Below, in pieces: positions 22,326 to 34,750 of a DNA stretch of 64,000 nt (position 1 is its first letter; each line of letters opens with the position of its first letter). The stretch covers positions 50,468,001 to 50,532,000 of the forward strand of contig OX597821.1 of assembly GCA_951406725.2 (NCBI GenBank), written 5' to 3'. This DNA is from Octopus vulgaris (Eukaryota). The notes under the pieces are model-generated. The model saw only the letters and a program-made list of their open reading frames with translations. It was not told the DNA's origin and searched no databases. Made by a program: the position numbers and the translations under genes.

Positions 22326-23809
22326 ATGTGTGTGTGTGTGTGTGTATGCTTATGTATGTATGTATGTATGGATGGATGTATCTCTCTCTCTCTCCTATAT
22401 CTACCTTTGGTCAGATTTCATTACGCCTCGACATTAATCTTCGAGATTTTCAATGGGTTTTCGTCATCGCTGACATCCTGCATCCTATTCTCGGTGCTGA
22501 TTTCTTGGATCGGTTTAATCTCTTGGTAGATGTTAGGCGTCGGAGGCTTCTTGACAGTACTTCACGCTGACCAGGAGTTCCACTAATGCGGATCTTAGCC
22601 CGACATCTTTTGTTGCCACCTCTGGAGACGCCTTTCATTCTCTTTTGGCTTCATTTCCGGAGCTAGTGGACATTACCTTTCAGCCGGCAAAGTCTACCTA
22701 CTCAACCCTTCATTTTTTCACCACCACTGGGCCGCCTGCTTTTTCGTGCCCACGGCGAAAAACTTGCTCCAACTTGTCCTAATATGCCCCTCCACCAGCC
22801 CGTGGGCGTCCCCCCTTCACTTGGCACGAACAGGGGAGTCTGATTTTTGCGGTAACGATAGCTGATCGCTACCCAATAAGAATTCTTCAGGACTTTTGGC
22901 GAATCTTCATGGTTGTACCATTTTTTCAAAAGTCAATCTTATATGCGCTTATCACCAAATACTGGTCAACCCAGCCGATGTTCTGAAAACTGCGATTACT
23001 ACGCCTTTTGGGTGTTTTGAGTTTTTATATATGAGTTTCAGTTTGCGGAATTCTACCAGCACTTTCCAGTGCTTCATTGATGAGGTTGTCCGCGGTCTTG
23101 ATTTTGTGTTTGCCTATGTCGATGGTATACTCATTGCGAGCGACACCCGTGAAAATCATCTCCGGCACCTTTCTCAGCGTATTCACGCTTATAGTATACG
23201 CATAAGTATTATAATACACACATTGAAAGTGAGGGGGTAGGCTGACAGAAATTCATAAAATGAATTAGATAGCCTTGGATTGATCAATTCCTGGATAAAT
23301 ATAATGACTTTTCCTCATCAGAAAAACATACTGAGAGAAATAAACCAGACATTTATACATACCTACAGAAAAGCAAATGCAAAGCTCTATTTGGTCTATT
23401 TTATAATGCACACACATCCTCACACCCTCATACATACACACAGCAACACTCTTCACCTCACTTCTCACCAATGAATTGAATCCCTGCCAGTAACCTGCTC
23501 ATCAACAACACTACCTTATGCATACATAACACACATAAACAAACACACACACACACTGGCCATCTTCGCACTCTCCTGTCTCACCAAAATCAGCTTTTCT
23601 ATCTCTCTCCACTTCTGGTCACTTTAACCATGTAATCAAATACAGACTGTTCCTGGACTTTTCCTTTCTCCTTTTTCTGATGGAGGGCATTGCTCAAAGC
23701 AAAAAAAAAAAAAACACTCTTTTTTTCCACCTTTACTGAGCATAAAGTTTATACATTTCATATGTACATCTTGTTTTGTTATTTTTAATATTTGTTAATG
23801 TTTAACTTG

Positions 23810-24470
23810 TGCCCTGTGCTAGTGGTAAGCTCAGAGCACCATCCGAGCATGATCATTGCCAGAACGCCTAACTGGCTTCCTTGCTAGTGGCACATAAAAG
23901 GCACCATTCAAGCGTGATCGTTACCAGTGTTGCCCTACTGGCACATGAAAAAACATTCGAGCGAGGTCGTTGCCAGCACCGCCTGACTGGCCCCTGTGCT
24001 GGTGGCATGTAAAAGCACCTACTACACTCTCGGAGTGGTTGGCGTTAGGAAGGGCATCCAGCTGTAAAAACTCTGCCAGATCAAGATTGGAGCCTGATGT
24101 AGCCAACAGGTTCGCCAGCCCTGTCAAATCGTCCAATCCATGCAAGCATGGAAAGTGGACATTAAATGATGATTAACTCGTGTTCAGTTTGACTATATAT
24201 ACTGAGCCTCATAAAGGTAACCTTTGGCAACATGCCATGCTTGAGAAGACCCATCAAGCCAAGTGAAATCGTAGTTGTGACAGACACTGGGATCACACAA
24301 CTGGCATATAAAAGCACCCATTACACCCTTGGAGTGGTTGCTGTTAGGAAGAGTATCCAACTGTAGAAACCATGCCAAATCAGACTGGAGTTTGGTGCAA
24401 CCCCTATCTTGCCACATCTGGTCACATTGTCCAACACATACCAGCATGGACAACAGATCTTGAATGATGG
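23810..24470 (+). mobile_element. Two adjacent RTE LINE 3' ends
   Basis: Match 61397-61782 and 36300-37175; tails ggacattaaatgatga and gaatgatgg. Confidence 0.75.
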
Positions 24471-24549
24471 TAATTATATATGAATGTATATATCTCTAAA
24501 AGTTAATAAAAAATCCCAAATATTTGTAGATAAAATATTGTCATATTAA

Positions 24550-24767
24550 CCCTCGAGCATTTAAACCAGCTTTATCTGGTCCAAATAGTCTTCCTGTTCT
24601 ATGTTCAAACTGGCTAGGTCTGGCCTCTCACACCTATCCTACAATGCTCTTCTAAAAATTAACAATCACATCATTGAAATCTTGAAGCTACAAGATAAAG
24701 CATGATTAATTTTATATAATGTGAATAAATAAGCATTACGTTTGACAGTAATCTGTATACTGCAGGG
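24550..24767. mobile_element. piggyBac-type MITE, inverted copy of 11990-12209
   Basis: TTAA-CCC left end, GGG-CTAA right end, internal similarity. Confidence 0.65.
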
Positions 24768-24944
24768 CTAATGAATTAATAAGGCATAAATGCACACAGA
24801 TAAACTGTATCTTAGTTGTAGTCCTTCATTAAGTCATAATATGATTACTATGTGTGGCTTCACTAAAACGTATTTTTGAAAAATGTATTTAGACCAATTT
24901 TTTTCATGTTTGCACATAACTGGATTTCATTGAGGTCATGACGA

Positions 24945-25460
24945 ATGACAGATCTTTGGCATTATATAGTGCTTGAGAAGACTCATCAAGCCAAGTAAAA
25001 TCGCAATTGTGGCAGATACTGGTGTCATGCAAATGGCACCCTTACCGGTGATACTTGACCACTTTCAAAGTGGTTGGCATTAGGAAAGGTATCCTGTCGT
25101 AGAAACCATACCAAATCAGACTAAAGGCGGTGAGCTGGCAGAAACGTTAGTACGCTGGGTGAAATGCTTAGCAGTATTTCCTCTGCTGTTGTGTTCTGAG
25201 TTCAAATTCTGCCAAGGTCGATTTTGCCTTTCATCCTTTTGGAGTTGATAAATTAAGTACCAGTTATGCACTGGGGTCGATGTAATCAACTTAACCCCTT
25301 TGTCTGTCCCCTCTATGTTTAACTCCTTGTTGGCAATAACGAAATAAGAAACCATGCCAAATCAGACTGGAGTCTGGTGTAGACTTCCAGCCAGCCAGTC
25401 CTGGTCAACCCATCCAACCTGTGCCATCATGGACAACAGACATTAAATGATGATGATGAT
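24945..25460 (+). mobile_element. RTE 3' end interrupted by a family A SINE (25123-25346)
   Basis: 22-bp TSD agaaaccat(a/g)ccaaatcagact at 25101-25122 and 25347-25368. Confidence 0.85.
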
Positions 25461-26409
25461 GTTAAAATTGTTTTAAATACTTTCCACTTTTGTTATTAAG
25501 AAGAAAATAGTAAAATAACCGGCTGTATTTCTCAACACATTACCTTGCTAAAGTTGTGTAAGACCTGTCAACTCAGATCCTGGAATCCTATGGCATGCTG
25601 GAAGATGGTTAGTTGATTACATGGATCCATTCCTGTCTCGCTGAAGGGTCTTGTGAGAATTGAAAATAGTAATAGGGACAAATTGCCATGTTTATTAAAA
25701 TCAAAATGATTTTCAAACATGTTCAACACCATAGTGAGGAAGAAGTGTTATATGGTTGCAAACTCCAGTTTATCTTCTAATTATAGGCAGTGAGTTGGAA
25801 GACTCATTAGCATGCTGAGCAAAATACTGTCCTTACAATCTGCTCTGAAATTCTGTCTTTTATTCTTTCAGAGTCAATGAAATAAGTAGCAATTGAGCAC
25901 TAGGCTTGATGTAATCAACTTATTCCCTCTCCCAAAGCTGCTGGCTTTGTACCAAAATTTAGAACCAATATTCAATTGATCTTCACATTTTATTTTATTT
26001 CTCTTTTCTTTAACTTGCAAGTTATATCAAGTCATAATAATGTAGCTGATAAAAAATGATTTAATGAATTACGTGAAGATTATTTGTCACTGTCTAGATA
26101 ATGAAAACAACAGACTGACTATTTCACCAACTGACTGAGTAAGCAATCAATGATTTGGTTGGTTAGTTAATAACTTGTTTATAAAATTTTAATATAAGGT
26201 ATAATTCTTTTGAAAATTAGTATTCATTTTGTAATAAGCACCAAAATATTTAATAGAAGTTAAATTATAATAATTTTCTGTATGCCATATTTTCTGTTAC
26301 CCATGGTGTCAAAAGGGTGCTTCCAAAGTTACCTGTCATATGACAGATGCTCTAGTTCATATATATTCATGGCACTCCGTTGGTTACGACGACGAGGGTT
26401 CCAGTTGAT

Positions 26410-27366
26410 CTCATTGGACCACACCCTCAGGGTTGGCACATTCTATGTTGGTACACTGAAAAGTAGGTCTGGTGAGATTGTTGACATGCTTGAACAGAGA
26501 CGTGTAGATTTGTGCTGCATCCAAGAAGTAAGGTGGAGAGGAGGTTCTGCTAGGTTCCTCACAGGCAAAGAACATATGCATAAGATTTTCTGGGCAGGGA
26601 GCACTGAAGGGGTCAGGTGTGTGGGTATACTTCTTGTGGAGAAATTGGTTGATAAGAGTCTGCAATAGAATACTTAAGATTAGATTTGTGCTGCATCTTG
26701 GGTTAGCAACCACTCTCTCAGCTGGGGCTACCTAGTGGACAGAAAGACTGATTTTATGACACCCTCGTCGATGAATGACAGGACCCTCTCTTTGTGGTTA
26801 GTAACTTCAATGGGCATGTTGAACAACATACAGGGGGCATACATGGAGGCTACGGTTTTGGTTCCCGCAGTGAGGAGGGAATTGTATCTGACTGCCAGAA
26901 AGGAAGCTAGGAGACAGGTTTATGTAGCCAGAAGGAAAGCAATGTTCTGCATCGTGAGGACCAAAGACTTGAGGTATTTTGTGTTGCAAGACAGTGCATG
27001 AGGGAGGATTGCGATGTCATAGGAGAGAAATGTGGCCACATGGATGATGGTTCACTTGCATTAAACAAGGCTTGGAGACACCACTATGAAAGGTTGCTAA
27101 ATGAAGAGAATGAATGGGAGAAAGAGAGTCTGCCAAATGTTGACCCAACAGAGGGACCAGCTATCTGAATTGACAGTACCTTGGTAGATAAAGTAATTAA
27201 GGGTATGAAGACAGGGAAAGCCCCCGGCCCATCAGGAATCACCATAGAGATGCTCAAAATATCTGGCAGTGTCAGCTATAGCCTAGTCATCAGTATTGTC
27301 AACCAGGTGATACATGGAGTCATACCCAATGACTTGTGTGGCAACACCATAGTCAACTACTACAAA
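26410..27366 (+). mobile_element. RTE-clade LINE, internally deleted 5' part (APE endonuclease to RT start)
   Basis: LRVGTFYVGTLKSRSGEIVDMLEQRRVDLCCIQEVRW and KGMKTGKAPGPSGITIEMLK motifs. Confidence 0.88.
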
Positions 27367-27534
27367 GGCTTTCCCTGTCTTCATACCCTTAATTGCTTTA
27401 TCTATCAAGGTACTGTCAATTCAGATAGCTGGTCCCACTGTTGGGTCGACATTTGGTAGACTCTCTTTCTCCCATTCATTTAGCAACCTTTCATAGTGGT
27501 GTCTCCAAGCCTTTCTCTTTGTAGCCTTGTTTAA

Positions 27535-27757
27535 CCATTTCATTACCAACCTGGCTGAAACCGACTCTGGCTCTGTAGTACAAATGTTTTGTTTTCATAA
27601 GTTTTGAATTAAAATCTTCCACCAAACCTTAGTCACAATTTATGTTCCTAACACTTGCTAAATGATAACTAACATATTTTACTAAATTCTTTGTTATGCT
27701 TATAGTAATTGAAAGAAACACAGAGCATCTCAAAATAAAATTACAGTAATGAAAGGG
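27535..27757. mobile_element. piggyBac-type TTAA MITE (second family)
   Basis: TTAA at 27531-27534 and 27758-27761; CC(A)TTTCATTAC/GTAATGAAAGGG termini; interrupts the inverted RTE copy. Confidence 0.8.
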
Positions 27758-29391
27758 TTAATGCAAGTGAACCATCATCCTGCTATCTCCACTCTTCCAG
27801 GCATGTTTCTTTGCTCAAAATGGCCTTGTCTACAGTATTGTGGCCCTGAATATGCTAATCGACTACTATTTAGTAATTAAGATACTTCTACAATTGAAGA
27901 TAATTTTAACAAATAAAGAATATATATACTATGGTATTTGATACTTGTCTATTTTAAAGAAGTCTAAGGGCCTGACAATACACCATAAACTTAAATCCTT
28001 TATGGACGGGAAATCCCCATAAACTGGCCTTCACCACAGAAAAAAATATAGACACTCTATTTCTTAGAGTGTGCTTCTTCTCTGGATCTGTTCTACAAAC
28101 GATATCTATCTACATATATATAATCCAGCATTCTTTCGGTATACCTATCAGAGTTGTCATAAACTCTGAGGAGTATATTGAAAGAATGCCTAGAATCCTA
28201 ATCAAAGGCGATTGAAACATACAAAATATACATGTCCCAAAAAAGTGCGACATTTCCGACTCTACTACAGGAATATCTATAAAAGAGTGTATGTGTGTGT
28301 GAAAGAGAGAGAGGGAAACATTAAAATGTATTAAAAATGAATCCAATTACCTCCACATACACATAAAGAAAAAATAGACGTGAATTAGTTAAAATGGAGT
28401 TATGTCCCTTTAATAGACTAAATAGCGACAGATTATTCCAGTTCTTTACGTTCCGAGTTTAATCCGCACTTCTGAAAGTAGGGCTAATGTAGAATCGCAC
28501 CTTTCCTTGAAGAATAGTTTTTTCTGATACCAACATTTTAGATGTCAGAGACTACGAATATGTCAAAACAAAAACCCAGCTTTTCAAATTTGACTACCCC
28601 ACCAATTTTTTTTTTAAACCACCTTTTCAAAGTTTAAAATTTTTCAAATTTCACCTCCCACCTCTCCAGCGAACCTTGGCGCACAGTCACTCCACCCCTG
28701 ACACAGAACTTTCTGATTTTTTTTTTCCAGCGGATTCCTGTTTTCAATGATGGAGATTCTGAATATGCAAGAAACCGTGTTTTCAAAATTTTGAATTTCT
28801 GCCTCCCACACTAATTTTTAATTTGTTTCAAAAATTTTCTTTTTTAATCCATGTTGAAAAATATGGAGATTAAGAATATGGAAATAAAAAATTTTCAATT
28901 TCAAATTTTCTATGTAGAACAACAAAATTGTTTCACACTCCCCTGCTGTCTAAAAGTGATAAAGAACAGCTGTTTTGTTCGTTTGTGCATGTGTAAATTT
29001 ATAGTGAAACAACAAAAGGATCACAGCATGTGAAGCCCTCACCACGAAACTCAATATGCTAAAAATAACAGCTGCCTGGAGAATGTTTGTATGTGCGCAA
29101 CGATTTCTATAGCTTAACCAGATGAAGAGAGAAAGTACACAGAAATATGTTTTACACACCTGTCATATATGTTACTTTTGTTTTATTGCTTAAAAAAAAA
29201 GATTCCAAATTTTAAAATTGGTGGGGAAGGGAAGACTTCCTTGTGTACCCACCCATAAAACTTTTTTAAAAAAATATTACACATGGTGGAAAATTCCTTT
29301 CCTACCATGTCTTATAATAATAATGAGTAAGTCATAAAGACTAAGAATTTCTATTAAAAAAAACTCAATTTCTGTATTATGTATATTCGTC

Positions 29392-30130
29392 TTAACTTTC
29401 AGGAAAATGGATATTTGTTAATGAAATTGTCTACAAATACACCTCGAACTATGTACATTCCGAGCAAATAGGGATTTTTGGAGAAAACAATTGGGGGTTA
29501 TTTTTGAGAACTGTTCTACACTCGGGGATGTTTTGGAACAAGTCATCCATATTTATTTCATTTTCTCTGTTTTGTGCAGGCAATGAAATATGTGTGTGTC
29601 TAAAGAATTTTAAAAGGTAATTTCATACGGATATAGACACCTTTTTCTTGATTTTCCAATACGCATTTTGGACATTTTTGGAAAAATTCACCTTATTAAC
29701 ACTTAATATTCAGTTGTAACTATTTCAGATAAAAAGGAATTTCTAAAAGTACTTTCATTTTTTATATTCTTCTCCAGCGGCATAACTACAGATTTCTGTT
29801 CCACCAACTTTGGATGATCATAACTTTCAGAAAAACGGATATTTTTTTAATTAAATTTTCTATGAATGGGCTCCCCATGCCAATTTTCAATTTCCCCCCA
29901 AAATTTTACAGCTACAGTTAAGTGTTATATACTGATGCACAAACACACAACAAAGAAAATGGAACAAATATGGACTTGTTCCAAAACACTCCTGCGTGGG
30001 GAATAGTTTTCAAAAATAAGCCCCAATTGTTCCCCACCACCAAATCCTATATGCTCGGAATCTACATAATCCGAGGTATATATTTGTAGACAATTTCGTT
30101 AAAAAATATCCATTTCTCTAAAAGTTATGA
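29392..30130. mobile_element. Fold-back/MITE-like element with ~190-bp imperfect inverted arms
   Basis: 29392-29585 is the reverse complement of 29930-30128 (gaaattgtctacaaat/atttgtagacaatttc; ttttggaacaagtc/gacttgttccaaaa). Confidence 0.7.
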
Positions 30131-31745
30131 TCCAAATTCGGATGATGGGGGGTGCAGAAATCTAATAAACAAGTCTCAAGTACAGTCTCTCAAGGTTGTT
30201 GGACTTCACTTTGCTTTTCTCATGGGCAATTATATGTAGGATGTTCGCAAGTTAAAAGTCCCAAAAATCTTTTCATTTCTACATAGGACACACTCAAAAC
30301 ATTGTATATTTAGAAGTTCTAGATAATAAAACTGTGATTGATTGCCGGATTTGTTTCAATACATGTGTTTATACTGACATCATCTGATAGAATTTTTGTT
30401 AAATATTTTTATTAAGTAGAGGGGTGCGCCCGCAGGGCTGGTTCTTCTCAAATTTATGCATTTTCAGGTTCAACGTGTTCCAAATACTTACTGACAAATA
30501 AAGGTAACTGCAAAGACAAAGAACTATCTGTTTTTGTTTTTAACAATTTTAACAGTGAGAACACCAGAAAAAATGTTATTGACATTAATAGTTTGTACCT
30601 CAGCTAATTACTGTTGAGAACTGCATAATCCACGTTTCATTTTACTTAGAGATTTAAAAGGAATTTCATTATTTTCAATAACATGGGAAACATATATAAA
30701 TTTGACATGGGCAATACTTTCTTATTTTGGGATTCACGGTCAAATGGCTGGGTGGAATTGCACGAAAAATTGCACAGATGTGTAGAATGATCCAGAGGTG
30801 TTGCTGGGCTTTGTATTTTTTCATAGCTCCCATGGTTACCGAGATAATCTACTATAATAATACTCTTGTGTTTCTGAATGAGAAAGGAAGGGGTGATATG
30901 ATACTTGGTAGTGGGATGATGAAAATTGTACGCTGAAAAAATAAATCAAACAGCATTTCAACTGTGTGAATATATGTGTGTGTATGTAAAAGGGGGTATG
31001 TGAATGTGTGTGTGCACAATGGAAGTGGGATGGGTAATCTTTGTTTGCTTAGCAATTGGGTTTATTTTTTGATTTGGTTGAATCTTGGTTGTTTTTTTGT
31101 TGGTCAGTTATTTTTAGCGTTTTGACAGAAAAAAAGTCATTCTAAAATTGTTTTTTAACATAAGCATACCCAATCAAGTCGAATGCTTACACAGAGCAGG
31201 TTTTACAACCACATCATCCAAATCGACTGGGTGAAATCGGGCTTAGTTGCTAGTTAACATATAAAGTTGGTATCATGGCATGGTCCATGATTCATGTTAT
31301 TTAGAGATCTAAAAGGCATTCTTGAATTTCCTTAGGTTCTTTAAAATGGGCAACGCTGGGTATTTCTGCTAGTTATATATAGACATGAATTAGTTAAGAT
31401 GGAGTTCCTTTTAATAGCCCAAGTTGTGACAGATCATTCCGGTTCTTTACGTTGAAAGTTTAACTCGCACTTCTTAAAGTTGCTGTCCTTGTGTCTATTA
31501 TTTCTTCTGCTTCTTTGCGTCATCATCATCATCATCGTCAGGTCCATTCAATCAACTAATTGCCTTCAACAAAATTTCAGGCCTAATATATATGTAACAC
31601 ACTGACCTGGTCAATTTCCATTTATTATCTATATTTTCTCTTTTCCAAAATTTTAATTGCTTTTGTAACCTTTTCAATGGATGTTGACTGTCCATTATCT
31701 TGAGTTGATTTACCGCAAAAAAGAAAAAAAAAAATCAGTTCATTA

Positions 31746-32356
31746 TTATTTAGTTTCCGTTTCTGTTGAGTTTTGAATTACATTTACTGAATTAATTAAC
31801 TCTCTCATACTTCTCCAGTCAACAATACATTCAGGGTATTTTCTAAGGGCCTTCAGCAAATCTTCAACCCCATTTTCATCCAATTCTCTTCTTTTTCTCC
31901 ACCAGTTAAAAACGTTTATCTTGCACAACTCATCATCGGAATAATCACGTCGGGAGTTTTTAATTTCCTGATCAGTAACTTTTAGCTTTTTAGCGACTGG
32001 CAACCATCCGTCAAGAACTCGCAGTAGAATACGTCCGAGTAAATTCACATCCAGCCCCTTTATATTTATTTGTATCTGAGTGTGGTCCTCTGCCTCTGTG
32101 TCTTCTGATTCGTTTCTATCTTTTTCAAAGCCAGTACCACATGTTTTTTGAGGCATTCCTTTTCTAAAAATCCTAAAAGCTCATCAAAACTATCCGCGTC
32201 ATTTTTCTCCATAAAAAAACGCATAATATTTGGAAAATTAACGTCTGTTTCTTTTAATTGAGGAAACTTGTCATTAATTAATTTTACATCAGGTTCGGAT
32301 ATGTTTTGTCTGAGAAAACATAAATTATTTTGTATTATATTTCTTGGTGACCGCAT
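31746..32356 (-). CDS. Death-fold adaptor-like protein: N-terminal CARD-like (or DED-like) domain, acidic linker and C-terminal death domain; split by a 1-nt frameshift
   Basis: ORF 32356-32066 (RNIIQNNLCFLRQNI...KNDADSFDELLGFLEK..KHVVLAL) overlaps ORF 32156-31746 (GWLPVAKKLKVTDQEI...VFNWW...VEDLLKALRK); joined length ~203 aa. Confidence 0.6.
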
Positions 32357-32812
32357 TGTATATGTGCATGTAATAAAACAGCGAAAAAGCAGGAAGTTAG
32401 AAAGTTGATTTTCGTTCTCTTACCTCTTGAATTAATGAAAACTTAGATTATAGAAATCATTAAAACTTTTTTCTGGTTTCAAGTATTGATTCGGATGTAT
32501 TTGAACGCATGAAAGAAAGGTTTTATATTTAAATTATGAATGTCGGTCGTCTTCTGACCAGTTGTTGTTCACTTGTTGCAAAAAACTTTTAGAAAAATAT
32601 TTCTGTGTGATGACAACATTATCACCATGACAAAACGTTCGACGACGGATGTTTCGTACCGGAAGTGGCTTTCTTTACATTTCTGAAGATAACAGAAACC
32701 CTTTTCTCTAGGGTTAGGGTTAGCCCTAACCCTAACCTCCCATATATATATATAAAAAAAAAAAACACTTTCTTGAAATGTATCCGGTACCTATACCGAA
32801 GTTACGACACAA

Positions 32813-32918
32813 GGCGATCTTTCGTTTGTAGTAGCACGTTTCCGTCGATGATTTCCGTAAAAAACTTTTATCAATTTGGCGATCGACGGAAACGTGCTAC
32901 TACAAACGAAAGATTGCC
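32813..32918. repeat. 37-bp near-perfect inverted repeat with a 32-bp spacer
   Basis: ggcgatctttcgtttgtagtagcacgtttccgtcgat / atcgacggaaacgtgctactacaaacgaaagattgcc (1 mismatch). Confidence 0.9.
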
Positions 32919-33139
32919 AATAATTTTTGTAAAAACAAAGTAAATAACACAAAATCACAAAGTAAGGATCGACTAGCTGGCGTGGATGCGCGGATGCGCG
33001 CACCGGGGCCACTGTTTTCAAGTAGTACCTATACGGGGTGCTTAATCCAGAATTCCACCAACGATGTCAATTATATTCGACTTTTCAATCCGTCTTACGG
33101 AGAAAAATTTAGTAGTCTTACTTTCTGTTTCTCTCTCTC

Positions 33140-33384
33140 TTTCGCTTCCGCTTTTTTTACTTCCTGTTTTCTTCTTCACTTCCGCCGATCGTCTCAAGAT
33201 TTAGTCTCGAATTATTTTCCTGAAACTTTAATTTCCCATTCCTCATTGCTTCTAAACTCACTGTAATCTACAAACTCTTTGTGTGTGCTTATATATATAT
33301 ATATCAACTAGCTGTATCTCTGTTTAATGAGAGAATGGTATTTATAGATATAAATCTATCATTGAAACATAGCAACAAAGAGGT
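33140..33384 (+). promoter_or_regulatory. Promoter and non-coding exon 1 of zinc-finger gene 2, ending at donor GT 33383-33384
   Basis: Clustered ETS-type CTTCCG/ACTTCCTG/CACTTCCGCC motifs; GAG|GTAAAT donor; homologous to 11055-11370. Confidence 0.6.
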
Positions 33385-33454
33385 AAATAATTTTGAACGA
33401 ATTTATTTTGCAAAATTAAGCATTAAATGTATATTATTGTCTGACTTTTAGCCG

Positions 33455-33556
33455 GGCGAAGGTAAAGAATACGCGCACCACCCGTTTTCGGCGTTTAGGT
33501 TTAGAGGGTTACGGTTACACCGAAAACGGGTAATGTGCAAATTCTTTACCTCTGCC
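33455..33556. mobile_element. ~100-bp hairpin MITE in intron 1 of zinc-finger gene 2
   Basis: ggcgaaggtaaagaat...cccgttttcggcgt / acaccgaaaacgggt...attctttacctctgcc; absent from the paralogous intron. Confidence 0.7.
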
Positions 33557-33989
33557 ATACCTTAATGTATAATCAGATATGATATACATGAGAGATGATA
33601 GCATTTATTATATGAAGAGATGATAGCATTTATTATATGAAACTAATTTAACACTGATCAACACCAGTAATTTGAGTTTTCTGTCAACAATGAAAGGTTT
33701 TAGAATATTGAAAGTATGTTGCATTATTTTTGTTTAAATTATAGATGATATTGGGTAGCAGGAATAAAATGATATTTATTTCACTGTTACTCAGAGTGGT
33801 TTGGTGTTCGCCAATATTTTTTCAATATGGAACAACAGCTTCATATCTGGAAGACAACCAGGGCAACATCGAATGATAAACAACATCATACTTTAGAAAA
33901 AAGGAAACATTGTAACAATTGTTTCTATTTTATCGTTCTAAATACCCCGTATTGTTTGAGCGCGCGAAATATTTCCACAGAAGTAATCT

Positions 33990-34750
33990 TAGTATCACAG
34001 TATCCAGGAGTTCTTGGCAGATAAGACGTCAAATTCAAAGTTAACCATTGAATTGGAAAAGAAATTAAAGTCCGATTTTTAATACCTATTATTTGATATT
34101 TTTCTACGAAGAAAAAACAAAAAAAACCTCTAATGATTCCGGGATAGTGTCCGGTCCCCCCTCCTTTTCCGAGCAAAAATAAGGGGTTTGCCGCACATTA
34201 GGTAGTCATGGTACTTGATTCCACGCAAAAAATCTGAGTTTTTTTTCTTAGTGAAAATCTTGCGAGTAAAAGTATAAAAATTTACCAACTTTTTTATATT
34301 TTGAAATTTTTGGAAAACTTTTGTGAATTTGTGTTCTTCACTAAGGAAACCATGTGAGAAATTTAAAAAAAAAACATTTTTTGGTGTGTGATTTAAGGGC
34401 TATTTAGTTATTTTTTTAGCACATCTCACAACCACCCGATACCCCGCTCCTTTCTTTGTCACTCAGACGTATTGATATTTTTCAGTATCTTTCTCCCCTT
34501 AAATATCAGTAATAATCGCTGCGATTTAAGCAAGCAATTTGGACTGTCCATATTTTAAACTCTGATTTTTAAAAAATTCGAAAGATTCCAAATTTTTTTT
34601 TAATTCTAAAAATTCAAAATTTTTTTTCATTGTCGTATGAATTCCTGTGTAGACACAAATACGCAAAAATTTTCTTAAAATTCCAAAAAATAAACATAGT
34701 TATGAGGTGTTATAGGCGAGATTAAAGTAGAATTCCTTTGAAAAATGGTA
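33990..34750. mobile_element. Non-autonomous DNA transposon remnant related to 7290-7640 and 8400-9050
   Basis: Shared blocks gaatttgtgttcttcact, gtgattta(a/c)gggc and gatttaagcaa...ggactgtccat. Confidence 0.5.

Larger units (their letters stand above)
18176..23200 (+). mobile_element. Truncated Ty3/Gypsy LTR retrotransposon (5' LTR, PBS, gag, protease, RT; no 3' LTR)
   Basis: LTR TGTA..TACA at 18176-18624; PBS TGGTGACCCCGACGTGAT at 18627-18644; gag LGDRTPSQFLRRL and CWYH..C..C knuckle; protease VDTGS and ILGADFL; [11 protein letters not shown] and [11 protein letters not shown]. Confidence 0.9.

Noticed and set aside
23675-23705. ctgatggagggcattgctcaaagc as a hammerhead
   Set aside because: Both core segments are mutated and there is no cleavage triplet or stem I; at most a fossil
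25545-25642. Possible minus-strand exon with AG and GT boundaries
   Set aside because: Stops in all three frames and no other support
31500-31582. Minus-strand NGPDDDDDDAKKQKK as a possible last exon of the death-fold gene
   Set aside because: An in-frame TGA precedes it, the main ORF already stops at 31746, and the poly-Asp is a (GAT)n microsatellite
32115-32155. Programmed -1 frameshift joining the two death-fold ORFs
   Set aside because: No in-frame canonical X XXY YYZ heptamer or evident downstream structure; an indel or sequencing error is simpler
32710-32738. Inverted TTAGGG/CCCTAA units resembling a telomere fusion
   Set aside because: Only about two units per side, inside a repeat also present at 10360-10490
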